NCBI GenBank assembly: GCA_965226495.1
Contig: OZ245365.1
Span: 704,001-768,000, forward strand
Source: Candidatus Marinacidobacterales bacterium
Lineage (GTDB): Bacteria; Acidobacteriota; Vicinamibacteria; Marinacidobacterales; DATDRI01
Length of the DNA stretch: 64,000 bases
Direction: 5' to 3'
Positions 50,795 through 61,339 of the stretch are shown here, piece after piece. The notes below the pieces were generated by a model. The model had not been told where the DNA came from. It saw only the letters and a program-made list of their open reading frames with translations, and did no database searches. The position numbers were made by a program, and so were the translations under genes. Position 1 is the first letter of the stretch. Every line of letters starts with the position of its first letter.

Positions 50795-52801
50795 CTACTG
50801 CCCTGTCCGTCGTTCGTCCGCCATCTCCCGGATGGCGCTTACGATTCGGGCCGTCGAGCAGCCGTCGGCTCCAAAAGCGAACTCTTCGATGTACTTTTTT
50901 CTTCTCACCTCGAGCTCCTGGCCAAGCTCTCGATCGAAGAGTAGGCGACGTAGTAGTGTTTCCATAGGCTCACCTCGTCGCACGCCGACCGCAACCCCAC
51001 GCTCCACGAGCGCACTGAGGTTGCTGGGCAAGTTGACCACCAGAACCGGCCGGCCGAGCACGAGAGCCTCGGAAGAGGCAAAGGAGTCTACCGTTATCAA
51101 GCCGTCTGAAGCAAAAAGCAGCTCGATGAGGTTCTCTCCGGGTGGAACGACTCGCAATCGTGAAGCACCCTCTCGCGCACCGATTTCCTCGTAGGGGTCG
51201 GAGCGCTCCGCCTGATGGGGTTTCACCAGGAGCCATAGGTCGTCGATGGCCTCCGCCGCCCGGACTAATTCGGCGAACGCGGAGCCGAGGGCGACGAAAC
51301 GGGAAGCCACCACCACCATCGGTGCGCCCTCGCTCAAGTCGAGCCTCTGGCGCGTTTCTGCTCTGTTGAAGTGGCGTCCCGCCTCCACGAGGGCATCGAA
51401 CTTTGGGCTTCCGGTAATCACGACCCGGTCGGGAGGATACCTGCCTCGTTCGATGAGCAGTTGTCGGGCCAGACTGCCGAAGACGGCGGTTTTCGTGGGG
51501 ATAGGAACGGAGTCCACCCCATCCAGCTTCGGGCCAATCTCGTCCGTCGCGTGCTCGTTGGCGTACAGGCGGGGATAGAGGATCCCATGCTGGACGGCGA
51601 ACGACGGTGTTTCCTGACTGCATGCCGCCGCCACCGCGGCGCGGCCCAACCCACTGTACTCGGCATAGAGCACGAGAGCATGGGGTTGCTCTTGGAGAAG
51701 AGTGGCCTCGATCTCGCAGTACGATCGGATCGCCCACGGGAGCTGCAGGAGAAAAGTGTCACGGAACGATGTCAGTACGTTTTTCGGCAACGGGACTTCC
51801 CGATGTTGCAGAGCCCGGTCAAGAAAGGGTTGACGCCGCATGCGGCGCCACATTCGCCAACAGCCCAGGGAAGCGCCGGTCAGGCGCAGCCCCAGTGAGA
51901 ATGAAAAGTAGCGTCGAATAGCCACATAGGGCCGGCGCCCGTCTTCGAGCTCCAGCACATCGCGCAGCTTGTCGCGGAGGCTCCTTTGCCTGAAGGGTAC
52001 CAGCGGGCCGACCGCCACGACTTTGACCTCTTCTCCATCCGAGCCAAGTGCCTTCAGGATCGGGTCTAGATACATCTCGGCGAACTCTTCGCCCGGTTTT
52101 TCCTTCCACATGGAGGCATGAGTTACGAACAACAGGCGTCGCCCAGCCTTGCTAGGGGTTTCCACAGATTTGCGAAGCCTTCGAAACAGTGCCTTCAAAC
52201 TTGTGCCCATCATTTTGACTAGGGCGCTCGCGAAGTGGATAGATGTGTTGCCCGGACGGATCGGGCCCGCCCGCTGGGTGCCGTGGATCTCCACGTTCCC
52301 GGCCAATCGGGCCGCGATGTTGCCGAGGTCACGAACCGGACCGATGACGACGACGCGTTCGGGTCGCTCCTTTTCCAAAAGCCTCGCCATGGCTTCCACA
52401 TCACGGACGAAAAGGCGTAAGGGCGTGTCGTGGTAGAGAAAGAGCTCCGCCCACCACCAAAGCGAAAGATTCCGGTAGCGGAAGAGTGATCGAAAGCTTC
52501 CGTCGGGGCTCAATGACGCTCGCCCCAACGCCTTCATCCAGTCGATGACCGCGTCGTCGACTGCCACGTTGCCCGCCTCACCGAGAGCCTTCGCCAAGGG
52601 GATCGAACGTAGGTCTGCATTGGCGAGAGCCCCGTTCACGTCTGGACTGGGGAAGCGCTCCTGAACGATGGGCGCGTGTTGCCAGGCGACGAGCTTGGCG
52701 CCTCGAGAGGCAAGCTCGCGAACGAGATGGAGCTCCTTGGCCTCGAGGTGGGGTGTAGCCACGATGACCAAAACCGATTCTGAGGCGCGGGTCTCTTGCA
52801 C
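50795..52801 (-). CDS. GT-B-like transferase (CDP-glycerol glycerophosphotransferase / KpsS / sialyltransferase-like)
   Basis: QHG..Y, VFG, ITGSPKFD, VKPH, S..SSEALVLGRPV and DG.ST.RI patterns. Confidence 0.55.
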   Translation of the reverse strand: MQETRASESVLVIVATPHLEAKELHLVRELASRGAKLVAWQHAPIVQERFPSPDVNGALANADLRSIPLAKALGEAGNVAVDDAVIDWMKALGRASLSPDGSFRSLFRYRNLSLWWWAELFLYHDTPLRLFVRDVEAMARLLEKERPERVVVIGPVRDLGNIAARLAGNVEIHGTQRAGPIRPGNTSIHFASALVKMMGTSLKALFRRLRKSVETPSKAGRRLLFVTHASMWKEKPGEEFAEMYLDPILKALGSDGEEVKVVAVGPLVPFRQRSLRDKLRDVLELEDGRRPYVAIRRYFSFSLGLRLTGASLGCWRMWRRMRRQPFLDRALQHREVPLPKNVLTSFRDTFLLQLPWAIRSYCEIEATLLQEQPHALVLYAEYSGLGRAAVAAACSQETPSFAVQHGILYPRLYANEHATDEIGPKLDGVDSVPIPTKTAVFGSLARQLLIERGRYPPDRVVITGSPKFDALVEAGRHFNRAETRQRLDLSEGAPMVVVASRFVALGSAFAELVRAAEAIDDLWLLVKPHQAERSDPYEEIGAREGASRLRVVPPGENLIELLFASDGLITVDSFASSEALVLGRPVLVVNLPSNLSALVERGVAVGVRRGEPMETLLRRLLFDRELGQELEVRRKKYIEEFAFGADGCSTARIVSAIREMADERRTGQ

Positions 52802-52810
52802 CAGCCGCTG

Positions 52811-52819
52811 ATTATATCA
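52811..52819 (-). promoter_or_regulatory. Extended -10 (TG-A-TATAAT) 9 nt before GTG 52801; leaderless-type
   Basis: Perfect TATAAT with a TG extension and no SD. Confidence 0.55.
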
Positions 52820-52910
52820 GGTCAAAGGAAGACCAAGTTTCTTTCCGGGCGCCGGGCTTCCTAAGCAATAGTCGCCTTCCCTGGAGATCCGGTCTTGAGC
52901 GCCGGCGGAT

Positions 52911-53294
52911 CTAGGAGCTCTTGGCGAGGAGAGTGAGGGCACATAGCCGGGCTTCCGTTTGGGAGAGCATCCAGTGCCCGAGGCGCACCACCCGTTCTTC
53001 GGCGAAGTCTTGCTTCACCCGGTCGCGAATCAGAATGCGGACGTCGGTCTCCAGGAAGGCACTCCATTCGAAGCTCGAAAAGATCGACTCCGTTAGAAGC
53101 GCCGGATCCTTCTCCGACGGAGTCTTTCTCAAGTACTGCCTCCCGATCAGCTCGGTGGAAGGTCCGAAGTCCAGAACCTCTTTCAATTCCAGAACAATTC
53201 TCTTGTTCCTACCTCCGCGAAACACGACGATGGCTAGAGCCGCACCCCCGCCGACAACCGAGACAAGAAAACCGCGTCTTGAAATCGTGCTCAT
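52911..53294 (-). CDS. Small Tat-signal protein, partner of the GMC oxidoreductase
   Basis: SRRGFL twin-arginine signal. C-terminal DFAEERVV...WMLSQTEARLCAL. Translationally coupled (ATGA overlap). Confidence 0.72.
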   Translation of the reverse strand: MSTISRRGFLVSVVGGGAALAIVVFRGGRNKRIVLELKEVLDFGPSTELIGRQYLRKTPSEKDPALLTESIFSSFEWSAFLETDVRILIRDRVKQDFAEERVVRLGHWMLSQTEARLCALTLLAKSS

Positions 53295-54805
53295 CGGTCC
53301 TGGGACTCGAGAACTTCCGTTAGATGACTTGCGAGCCGAAGGGCGAGCGCAACCAGCGTTAGCGTGGGGTTAGAGAAGCCCCCGGTCGGAAACACCGAGC
53401 TGCCGGCAACGTATAAATTAGCGATACCGTGGACCCGGCAGTTGGCATCCACAACACCTTTCTTGGCATCCGAGTGCATTCGCGTGCCACCCATCGGATG
53501 AGATGCCGCACGCACTGGCCATGGGTTATGGTCGGTAACTCTGAGTGCTACCCTGCCGAACCCGTTTCGGCCGAGCTCGCGCCCGAGAAACTTGATCGAT
53601 TTCCGGATTTGCTCGGTATCCCGATCGCTCAATTGCCAATTCAGGATTACCCGTGGTTTTCCGAGGGCGTCCTGCTCCCCAGACAGTGTAATGCGGCTAT
53701 TAGGGTTCGGAACTTGTTCGGTGCGCGTATAGAGCATGGAGTAATGGGGCCCGCGGGATGGGGGTGTCGGCTTGCCGAAACGGTCGATTAGGGAGGACAC
53801 TTCTCCGACGGCGGCGAGCATTCCCCGGACATCGTACTTTGGGAAGAGTATGAACGCCGTATTCAAAAGTTGATGGCGTCGCTGAAGATCTTCGGCCAAC
53901 GACAAGGCCCCGAACGTGGGGTTACCGAGTGTCGGTTCCATGGTAGCGCTCTCATACAGATCCATGGACTCATTGGGTTTGGTTACCACCGCTGAACCGG
54001 CGACCCAATTCAGATGCTCGAAAAAGTACCGCCCCACTAAGCCATGCTGGTTTCCCAAGCCCGCCTTCAGCACCTTGTTCGAGTACAGCAGGACGCGTGA
54101 GTTTTGCATGCCACCGGCCGCCAGTACGTAGGCCTTGGCACGGACCCAGAGTTTGTTGTCGGTGAGACATTGCACCTCCATAAGATGCACAGCCGACGCG
54201 CTCGAGTTGGTCACGATGTCCACGACGTTTGCGTGGAGCAGTACTCGAATGTTGGGTGCATCCACGACATCTTTTCGATAGACCTGGCCAAACCGCGTCG
54301 GAGGGCTGAGGTGGTACGTTTTGGTCACGATCCCGTCGTTCTTGCCGATCGTCAGGGGGGGACGGGAGGGGGAAAGGGCCTCCTGCGGATCGTAGTCGAA
54401 CGGTTTGATTTGGCAGATCTCGTTGGCATTCCGATAAAACGGCTCGAGGTGGGACTTCGGAAAAGGCCAGCCGCTGTTCGGGACCCAAGAACGCTCTTCG
54501 AAGTCGATCGCATCGAGGGGTCGGCACCAGCCTTCCCAACGGTTCGTGGAGCCGCCGAAATAGCGGACCTGCACACGGGACACATAGTGCCGTTTGGCGG
54601 GCATGAAACGGCCCACGGTCTCGCCCGCGTTCAGGTCTTGCGTATCTTCTTCGAACTCGAACCCACCGCTCTCCAGCAAGATCACCGACTGGCCCTTATT
54701 GGCGAACTCTCTCGCGATCGTAATACCGGCCGCACCGGCACCGACGATGCAGAGGTCGGCCTCGAAAGTTTTGTCTTTGGGGACGGCTCGTGCGTCGATT
54801 AGCAT
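53291..54805 (-). CDS. GMC-family FAD oxidoreductase
   Basis: IVGAGAAG, FGGSTNRW.G, LAAGG.QNSR.LL, GRYFFEH, EQVPNPNSRITL, HPMGGTRM and NPTLT motifs. Confidence 0.93.
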   Translation of the reverse strand: MLIDARAVPKDKTFEADLCIVGAGAAGITIAREFANKGQSVILLESGGFEFEEDTQDLNAGETVGRFMPAKRHYVSRVQVRYFGGSTNRWEGWCRPLDAIDFEERSWVPNSGWPFPKSHLEPFYRNANEICQIKPFDYDPQEALSPSRPPLTIGKNDGIVTKTYHLSPPTRFGQVYRKDVVDAPNIRVLLHANVVDIVTNSSASAVHLMEVQCLTDNKLWVRAKAYVLAAGGMQNSRVLLYSNKVLKAGLGNQHGLVGRYFFEHLNWVAGSAVVTKPNESMDLYESATMEPTLGNPTFGALSLAEDLQRRHQLLNTAFILFPKYDVRGMLAAVGEVSSLIDRFGKPTPPSRGPHYSMLYTRTEQVPNPNSRITLSGEQDALGKPRVILNWQLSDRDTEQIRKSIKFLGRELGRNGFGRVALRVTDHNPWPVRAASHPMGGTRMHSDAKKGVVDANCRVHGIANLYVAGSSVFPTGGFSNPTLTLVALALRLASHLTEVLESQDR

Positions 54806-54898
54806 CTAAAGTCTTCTAGGGGTTCGAACCGGTTGGCTTGATTTTCTGCACTCTCGTCTGCCAGAAAACGCCCGCTTGGCGACTCCCAACATTCTTGG

Positions 54899-55762
54899 CT
54901 AGACGCGCGTCCCGACCGACGGGATATCAAACGGAGAGTATCCGTACTCGGCCAGGGTGGGCTGCAAAATCTCATTGAGAAGCTTCATGCCTTCCGAGGA
55001 ACATCTTTCATACTGCCGCTCGTTTGTAATCGACAAGGTGGCGGGTAGTTCTCCGAGGACCTCACCGATTTCGGCGAGGCCGCTAGATTTCATAGTCGAT
55101 GACATGATGCCCCTGACATCTTTGCACAGGCTCTCGTATTTGATGACCGTGAATCTGCCACCGATTCTCGTGTTGGCGTCCTTGAGGTGAAGCACCGTAT
55201 CCTTCCAATATTCGGCAGACTCTCGCAACGCGACCGCCGGCCCCCAGGGGCTTCTGGCGAACTTGTGCTCGTTGGATAGAGCCACCGCTTTCCCATCGCG
55301 AATGATGTGGATGAAGTTGGCAGTGGGAAACACTCGGTTCAAAAGTAAAACCGCACGGGAGAGCCAGGGAAGTTTGACCACCAGCCTGTTCTTTCGCCAT
55401 GATCGACATTCCTGCTCGCAGAAGGACACGACTCGCTGGGCCAGGGCTTCGGTGTAGTCCTCTTCCGTCAAGAACCTCTTGGTGGTGGGGAGATAGTGGT
55501 CCCAAATTTGGCGCCCTTCGTCCGGGTTGGGGACGATCATGGTGAAAATGCCAAAGTTCTTACGCCAGCTCGTTCTAAGGAATCTTGTTCCCAATCGTTT
55601 GATAAGCGGCGAGAAGGGGACTCGGGTCCGTTCCGGGATCTCTCCCCCTCGCATCGAGTATTGAGATAGCCAAGCGAGATGGGGGTGTCGAGCCAGCATC
55701 CTATATAGGATGGTAGTTCCCGAGTGCTCGACACCGACGACGAAGATGGGGCGAATGTCCAT
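54899..55762 (-). CDS. PAPS-dependent sulfotransferase family protein (cytoplasmic)
   Basis: Start ATG 55762. IFVVG..HSGTT.L...LARHP (5'-PSB loop), IIRDGKAVALS (3'-PB) and KYE.L. Confidence 0.85.
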   Translation of the reverse strand: MDIRPIFVVGVEHSGTTILYRMLARHPHLAWLSQYSMRGGEIPERTRVPFSPLIKRLGTRFLRTSWRKNFGIFTMIVPNPDEGRQIWDHYLPTTKRFLTEEDYTEALAQRVVSFCEQECRSWRKNRLVVKLPWLSRAVLLLNRVFPTANFIHIIRDGKAVALSNEHKFARSPWGPAVALRESAEYWKDTVLHLKDANTRIGGRFTVIKYESLCKDVRGIMSSTMKSSGLAEIGEVLGELPATLSITNERQYERCSSEGMKLLNEILQPTLAEYGYSPFDIPSVGTRV

Positions 55763-55771
55763 GAACGCTAC

Positions 55772-55777
55772 ATTATA
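55772..55777 (-). promoter_or_regulatory. -10 box TATAAT 9 nt before ATG 55762; leaderless-type
   Basis: Minus strand reads cagTATAATgtagcgttcATG. Confidence 0.55.
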
Positions 55778-55862
55778 CTGATTCGAAAGAATTCGTTCGC
55801 CGGGAGGAGGGTCGAATGCGCGTGCCGCAGTATGTTGGGGACGTGTCAATAACCGCAGCAGT

Positions 55863-57056
55863 ATGAGGCTCTTATACGTATCGGCCGCAAGATTGCCGAC
55901 CGAGAAGGCGCATGGTTATCAGATCATGAAGATGTGCGAGGCTTTCGCCGATCGGCACGAAGTGCTGCTGCTGGCTCCGGCCACGAGAAGGACGGAACTG
56001 CCGCCGAAAGCCGAGGACATCTACGCCTACTACTCGGTCAAGAAAAATTTTGAGATAAAGAGCCTTCCCAGTTTGGATCTTCCGTTCCTGGGGAAGATCA
56101 GTGCGCGGCTGAGGTTTCTGACGCGCGTCGCGTCTCATTCTTTCATGGTCTTGATTTGGATCTTGAACCACCGGCAAGAGATCGACGTTGTCTATTCCCG
56201 AGATCCGATTGCCCTATACCTCCTACGCACGGTCAAGAGATTCGTCGAACTGCCTCTAGTCTATGAGACCCATGATTTTCCCCGCGAAGGGACGAGTCTC
56301 AGAAGCAAGTTGGCGAAGAGGTTGGATGGCCTGGTGGTGGTGACCAGCCAGTTACAAGAGCGGTACGTTCGGGCGGGCGTGGAAGAAGCCAGAGTGATGG
56401 TCGCGCCGGATGCCGTGGACCTCGGTCACTTCGACATTCAGGTGACGAAGGACGAGGCGAGGGAGAAACTCGGCCTTACGTCCGATATCAAGATTGCGGC
56501 GTTCATCGGGACCTTTCACACCATGGACATGGAAAAGGGAATTCCGGAGATCCTCGCGTCCGCCAAGTACCTTTTTGGAGAATTCGAGGATCTCTTCTTC
56601 TACTTTGTGGGCGGGCCCATGGAGCGAGCGAGGAAATACAGGAATTTTCTAGAGGCGGAAGGTTTGCCTCTGGACCGATTCATCTTCCTTGAGAAACAAG
56701 CCATCGGGGACGTGCCTATGTGGATGAAGGCCAGCGACGTGCTCTTGATGCCCCATCCAAAGAACACCTTCTATTCGTTCTATGTTTCTCCCTTGAAGAT
56801 GTTCGAGTACATGGCATCGAAGCGGCCGATCGTCGCTTCACGATTGCCCGCCATTGAAGAAATTCTCGCTCATGGGAGAAACGCCCTGCTCGGAGAACCG
56901 GGAAACCCGAAGAGCATCGCCGCGAATGTAAGTCTGCTCCTGAACGATCCGGAAGCCTGCCAGTCGCTCGCCGAGCAAGCGTTCATCGACGTCAAAAATC
57001 ACTCCTGGACAGACAGAGCCATCAGGATATCGGATTTCATCTCAAGCGTCTCTTGA
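55863..57056 (+). CDS. GT4 glycosyltransferase
   Basis: RLPTEKAHGYQIMKMCEAF, EKG and SPLKMFEYMAS motifs. Confidence 0.9.
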   Translation: MRLLYVSAARLPTEKAHGYQIMKMCEAFADRHEVLLLAPATRRTELPPKAEDIYAYYSVKKNFEIKSLPSLDLPFLGKISARLRFLTRVASHSFMVLIWILNHRQEIDVVYSRDPIALYLLRTVKRFVELPLVYETHDFPREGTSLRSKLAKRLDGLVVVTSQLQERYVRAGVEEARVMVAPDAVDLGHFDIQVTKDEAREKLGLTSDIKIAAFIGTFHTMDMEKGIPEILASAKYLFGEFEDLFFYFVGGPMERARKYRNFLEAEGLPLDRFIFLEKQAIGDVPMWMKASDVLLMPHPKNTFYSFYVSPLKMFEYMASKRPIVASRLPAIEEILAHGRNALLGEPGNPKSIAANVSLLLNDPEACQSLAEQAFIDVKNHSWTDRAIRISDFISSVS

Positions 57057-57146
57057 GCGCGGAACGGGAACTTGGCTGAAAGGGTATCGATGGCTTGCGG
57101 CAGTTTGGCGATGCGGTTCGTTGAGTTCGGTCTTCGTCGTCCCGTC

Positions 57147-57176
57147 TTGCACTTTCTCGTCGACGCTTGATACCCT
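57147..57176 (+). promoter_or_regulatory. Putative sigma70 promoter TTGCAC-N18-TACCCT (TG-extended), 8 nt before ATG 57185
   Basis: Both hexamers are visible with plausible spacing. Confidence 0.45.
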
Positions 57177-57184
57177 CTCCGAAA

Positions 57185-57934
57185 ATGGAAGCCATTGATC
57201 CCCGGAACGTCCAAGCGGCGAAGTATGGTTTTCCCTATCATCATCTGCCGCACGCTGCCAACGGGGTCTGGTACGTTGGCCGCCACTTGCACTGGGGCTT
57301 CCGGTACCTTTCCCTATTGGAAAGCGTGGTGAGCGAGGTCGAGAAACTCGATCCCCAATCTGTTTTGGACTTCGGATGCGGCGATGGCCGGCTGCTCTCC
57401 GAGCTGGCGTCGCGCGTCCCGGTGAGCAAGTTGTGGGGGGTCGATGTCGACGAGCGATCGCTCCGTTTCGCGGGTGGTTTCAACGACGAGGCGAAGGTCC
57501 TGTTCGCCAGAAGTCTCAAAGAGCTCAGGGGAAAACGCTTTGACGTCATCGTCGCAAGCGAGGTGATGGAGCATATTCCACCCGAAGAGTGCTCGCCGAT
57601 CGTTTCCGCGCTTGGTGAACTCGTCTCTCCATCCGGCGCTGTGGTCGTGACGGTGCCTACCCACAATATTCGGGTGAGCCGAAAGCATTTCCGTCACTTC
57701 GACGCGACTGAGCTCGCAGCACTTCTCGGATCCCACTTCAAGCTCGTTTCTTCTCGCTACATCCATCGCGTCGGCTTGGCGCCGATGCTCGTCGAGGGGA
57801 TGGCGGTGAACCGGTTCTTCGTAGCGAATTGGGCACCGTGGTTGAGGATCCTCCGGACCGCGTATCGCAGATGGGTGGAGCCCGCGAGAGCGACGAACGG
57901 GGCGCGATTGATCGCGGTTTTCGCCAGGCGCTGA
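57185..57934 (+). CDS. Class I SAM-dependent methyltransferase
   Basis: VLDFGCGDG, GVDVD, FDVIVASEVMEHI and TVP..H motifs. Confidence 0.9.
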   Translation: MEAIDPRNVQAAKYGFPYHHLPHAANGVWYVGRHLHWGFRYLSLLESVVSEVEKLDPQSVLDFGCGDGRLLSELASRVPVSKLWGVDVDERSLRFAGGFNDEAKVLFARSLKELRGKRFDVIVASEVMEHIPPEECSPIVSALGELVSPSGAVVVTVPTHNIRVSRKHFRHFDATELAALLGSHFKLVSSRYIHRVGLAPMLVEGMAVNRFFVANWAPWLRILRTAYRRWVEPARATNGARLIAVFARR

Positions 57935-58008
57935 GCTAGTCGACGACTCTCCTCGGCCTCGACCAACGTACCTGGGACTGCACCAACGGAGCGCGGAGTG
58001 AGGTGGTC

Positions 58009-58686
58009 ATGTTGGCGAAAATGTATCAACTCCTAATCGACGCCTCCAAGATTCTAACTCGCAAGGGGATCTATCCCTTCCTCACCAAGCAGTTGTCCGA
58101 GATAGAGCCCGGGGCAAGCGTTCTTTCAGTCGGCGCCGGCGGGCCGATCGCGGCGATGGTCCGAGAGTTCGGCCAAAGGCGAGAGTTCGACGTCGATTTT
58201 TTCGATGTCGCGACCGTTCACAAGTCGCAGGAGATCGTAGGTGATATCTGTACGTATGAGTTCGAGAAAGACGAGGTCTATGACCATGTCGTCCTGGCGG
58301 AAGTCCTCGAGCACCTACATTCGCCTCAGCAGGCCATCGATCGCATTCGTAGGGTGCTGAAAAAGGAAGGTAAGCTGACGCTGACGGTGCCCTTCATCTT
58401 CCCGATTCACAGCCGCCCGAACGACTACTTTCGCTTTACATCATTCGGGTTGGAGCATCTCTTGCGTGAGTTCACGATGGTCGTCATCAAGGAAAGAAAC
58501 TCTTGGGGGGAAGCGGTCAATGTGCTCATCGTCCGGCTGATCATGGAGAATCGCCTGGTGGCGAAGCTACTCGCACCGCTGATCGTCTTGATCGCCTTCT
58601 TGTTGGCGCCGTTCGCCCTGCTCGCCTCGAGGCTTATCCCGTCAGATTTCATGACCAGCGGATACCTCGTTGTGGCCAAGAAGTGA
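58009..58686 (+). CDS. Class I SAM-dependent methyltransferase (type 11-like)
   Basis: VLSVGAGG, GDI, EVLEHL..P, LK.EG and VPFIFPIH..PNDYFRFT motifs. Confidence 0.85.
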   Translation: MLAKMYQLLIDASKILTRKGIYPFLTKQLSEIEPGASVLSVGAGGPIAAMVREFGQRREFDVDFFDVATVHKSQEIVGDICTYEFEKDEVYDHVVLAEVLEHLHSPQQAIDRIRRVLKKEGKLTLTVPFIFPIHSRPNDYFRFTSFGLEHLLREFTMVVIKERNSWGEAVNVLIVRLIMENRLVAKLLAPLIVLIAFLLAPFALLASRLIPSDFMTSGYLVVAKK

Positions 58687-58710
58687 TGGGTCTTCGTAAG
58701 CCTGGTCAGC

Positions 58711-59787
58711 TCATCGCCGAGCCAAGATGTGGCCGCGGATAAGCTGGGCCACGAGGCGATTTCCTTCCGGATTGAAGTGGCCGTCGGATGCGTACAGGTA
58801 TCGTTTCATGTCATCCGGCCCCTCGATGAAATCCAGTAGATCGATGACCCGGATGTCGTTTTCCTCGCAGAACACGCGAATCCGCTCTCCGACTAGGCGA
58901 CTCCTCGTCCACCATTGCGCGAATCCGCCCATCACGGCGTCTCGCGGATAGATGATCACCACCGAAAAGCCACTCTCGTTGGCTAGCGAGATGCTACGGA
59001 GCTCCTCCAGCAGCGAATAGGTCTCTTCGAGGATTTCGGGTCGCGAAGCCATTTGGTAGCGGAGACGCGGGACCAAGGCGAGCCGGGCCGCCATGCGATA
59101 GATAACGCTTGCTCCGAGTAGGGGAGGATAGTAGCTCTCGAGTTCGTTTCTCATGCTCGCGAGCCTGTCCTCGGAGAAAGCGTAATTGCCTTCCCCGTTT
59201 ATGTATGCGACGGCGTTGGGGAGAACGTCGTTGCCAATGAACAGTCCGAGCACAGTCTCCTGCGGGCCGACGTCTTGGACGAATTCCCGTGCCACGATGA
59301 GTTGTTGCACCGTGTTGTATCCGAACACCGCGAAATTATAGGCGGTCAGCGAGTACTGAGCCGACTCGTCTTCGGCGTTCAACCGTTCCAACCAGGTCGA
59401 GATCATGTCTTCTTCTTCGACGCCGGTCCCGTAGAAAAACGAGTCACCGAGCAACAGAACTCTCAACTCGTCGTCGCCCCGAGGGGCAATCTCCTTGGTT
59501 CGAAAGCCAAGGGAGTTCGTTCGAACGGTGTGTCGGTATTCGGGTTTCTCGACTATCTGCTCTCTGTTCGGAGAGAGCCGGAATCCAAACCGCTCGCTGT
59601 ACGCGTCGAGCGAGGGATCGAAGACGACGTTCGAGTTGAGGAGCATCATCTCCGCTTGATGCAAGGAGCAGTCGACCTCTCGATAGCAGGGGAAGTAATA
59701 CCGGGCCAACAGTTCGGTGGCGAAAAGAGCGAGTATCGCACTGAGCACCACCGCTGAGATTCGACCCACCACCGCTTGTTTCCTCAT
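58711..59787 (-). CDS. Membrane-anchored SGNH/GDSL protein
   Basis: Start ATG 59787, N-terminal TM. Motifs RTNSLGFR, LGDSFFYG, GYN, GND and DGHFNPEGN. Confidence 0.85.
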   Translation of the reverse strand: MRKQAVVGRISAVVLSAILALFATELLARYYFPCYREVDCSLHQAEMMLLNSNVVFDPSLDAYSERFGFRLSPNREQIVEKPEYRHTVRTNSLGFRTKEIAPRGDDELRVLLLGDSFFYGTGVEEEDMISTWLERLNAEDESAQYSLTAYNFAVFGYNTVQQLIVAREFVQDVGPQETVLGLFIGNDVLPNAVAYINGEGNYAFSEDRLASMRNELESYYPPLLGASVIYRMAARLALVPRLRYQMASRPEILEETYSLLEELRSISLANESGFSVVIIYPRDAVMGGFAQWWTRSRLVGERIRVFCEENDIRVIDLLDFIEGPDDMKRYLYASDGHFNPEGNRLVAQLIRGHILARR

Positions 59788-59795
59788 CGATCCGG

Positions 59796-59801
59796 AGTAT
59801 A
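59796..59801 (-). promoter_or_regulatory. -10 box TATACT 8 nt before ATG 59787; leaderless-type
   Basis: Minus strand reads gcTATACTccggatcgATG. Confidence 0.5.
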
Positions 59802-59886
59802 GCGGAACTGCATGCTGGACCGAGATGGCGCGGATCAGGTTAAGATAGCGGGCAGGACCGGCAACGGCTTTCAGGAAAGGACCGCG

Positions 59887-61305
<1,419 letters not shown>

Positions 61306-61339
61306 GCGGACGCCCGCCGCGGGGGATCACCCGGCCGCC

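Noticed and set aside
54930-54970. C-terminal LAEYGY of the PAPS sulfotransferase as a ninth copy of the LxxLGY motif
   Set aside because: A terminal GY helix is common in this sulfotransferase family and the match is imperfect, so it was not counted.
54899-58686. Apparently more AT-rich block as a recent horizontal acquisition
   Set aside because: This is a visual impression only. GC was not computed, and no integrase, IS or flanking repeats were seen.
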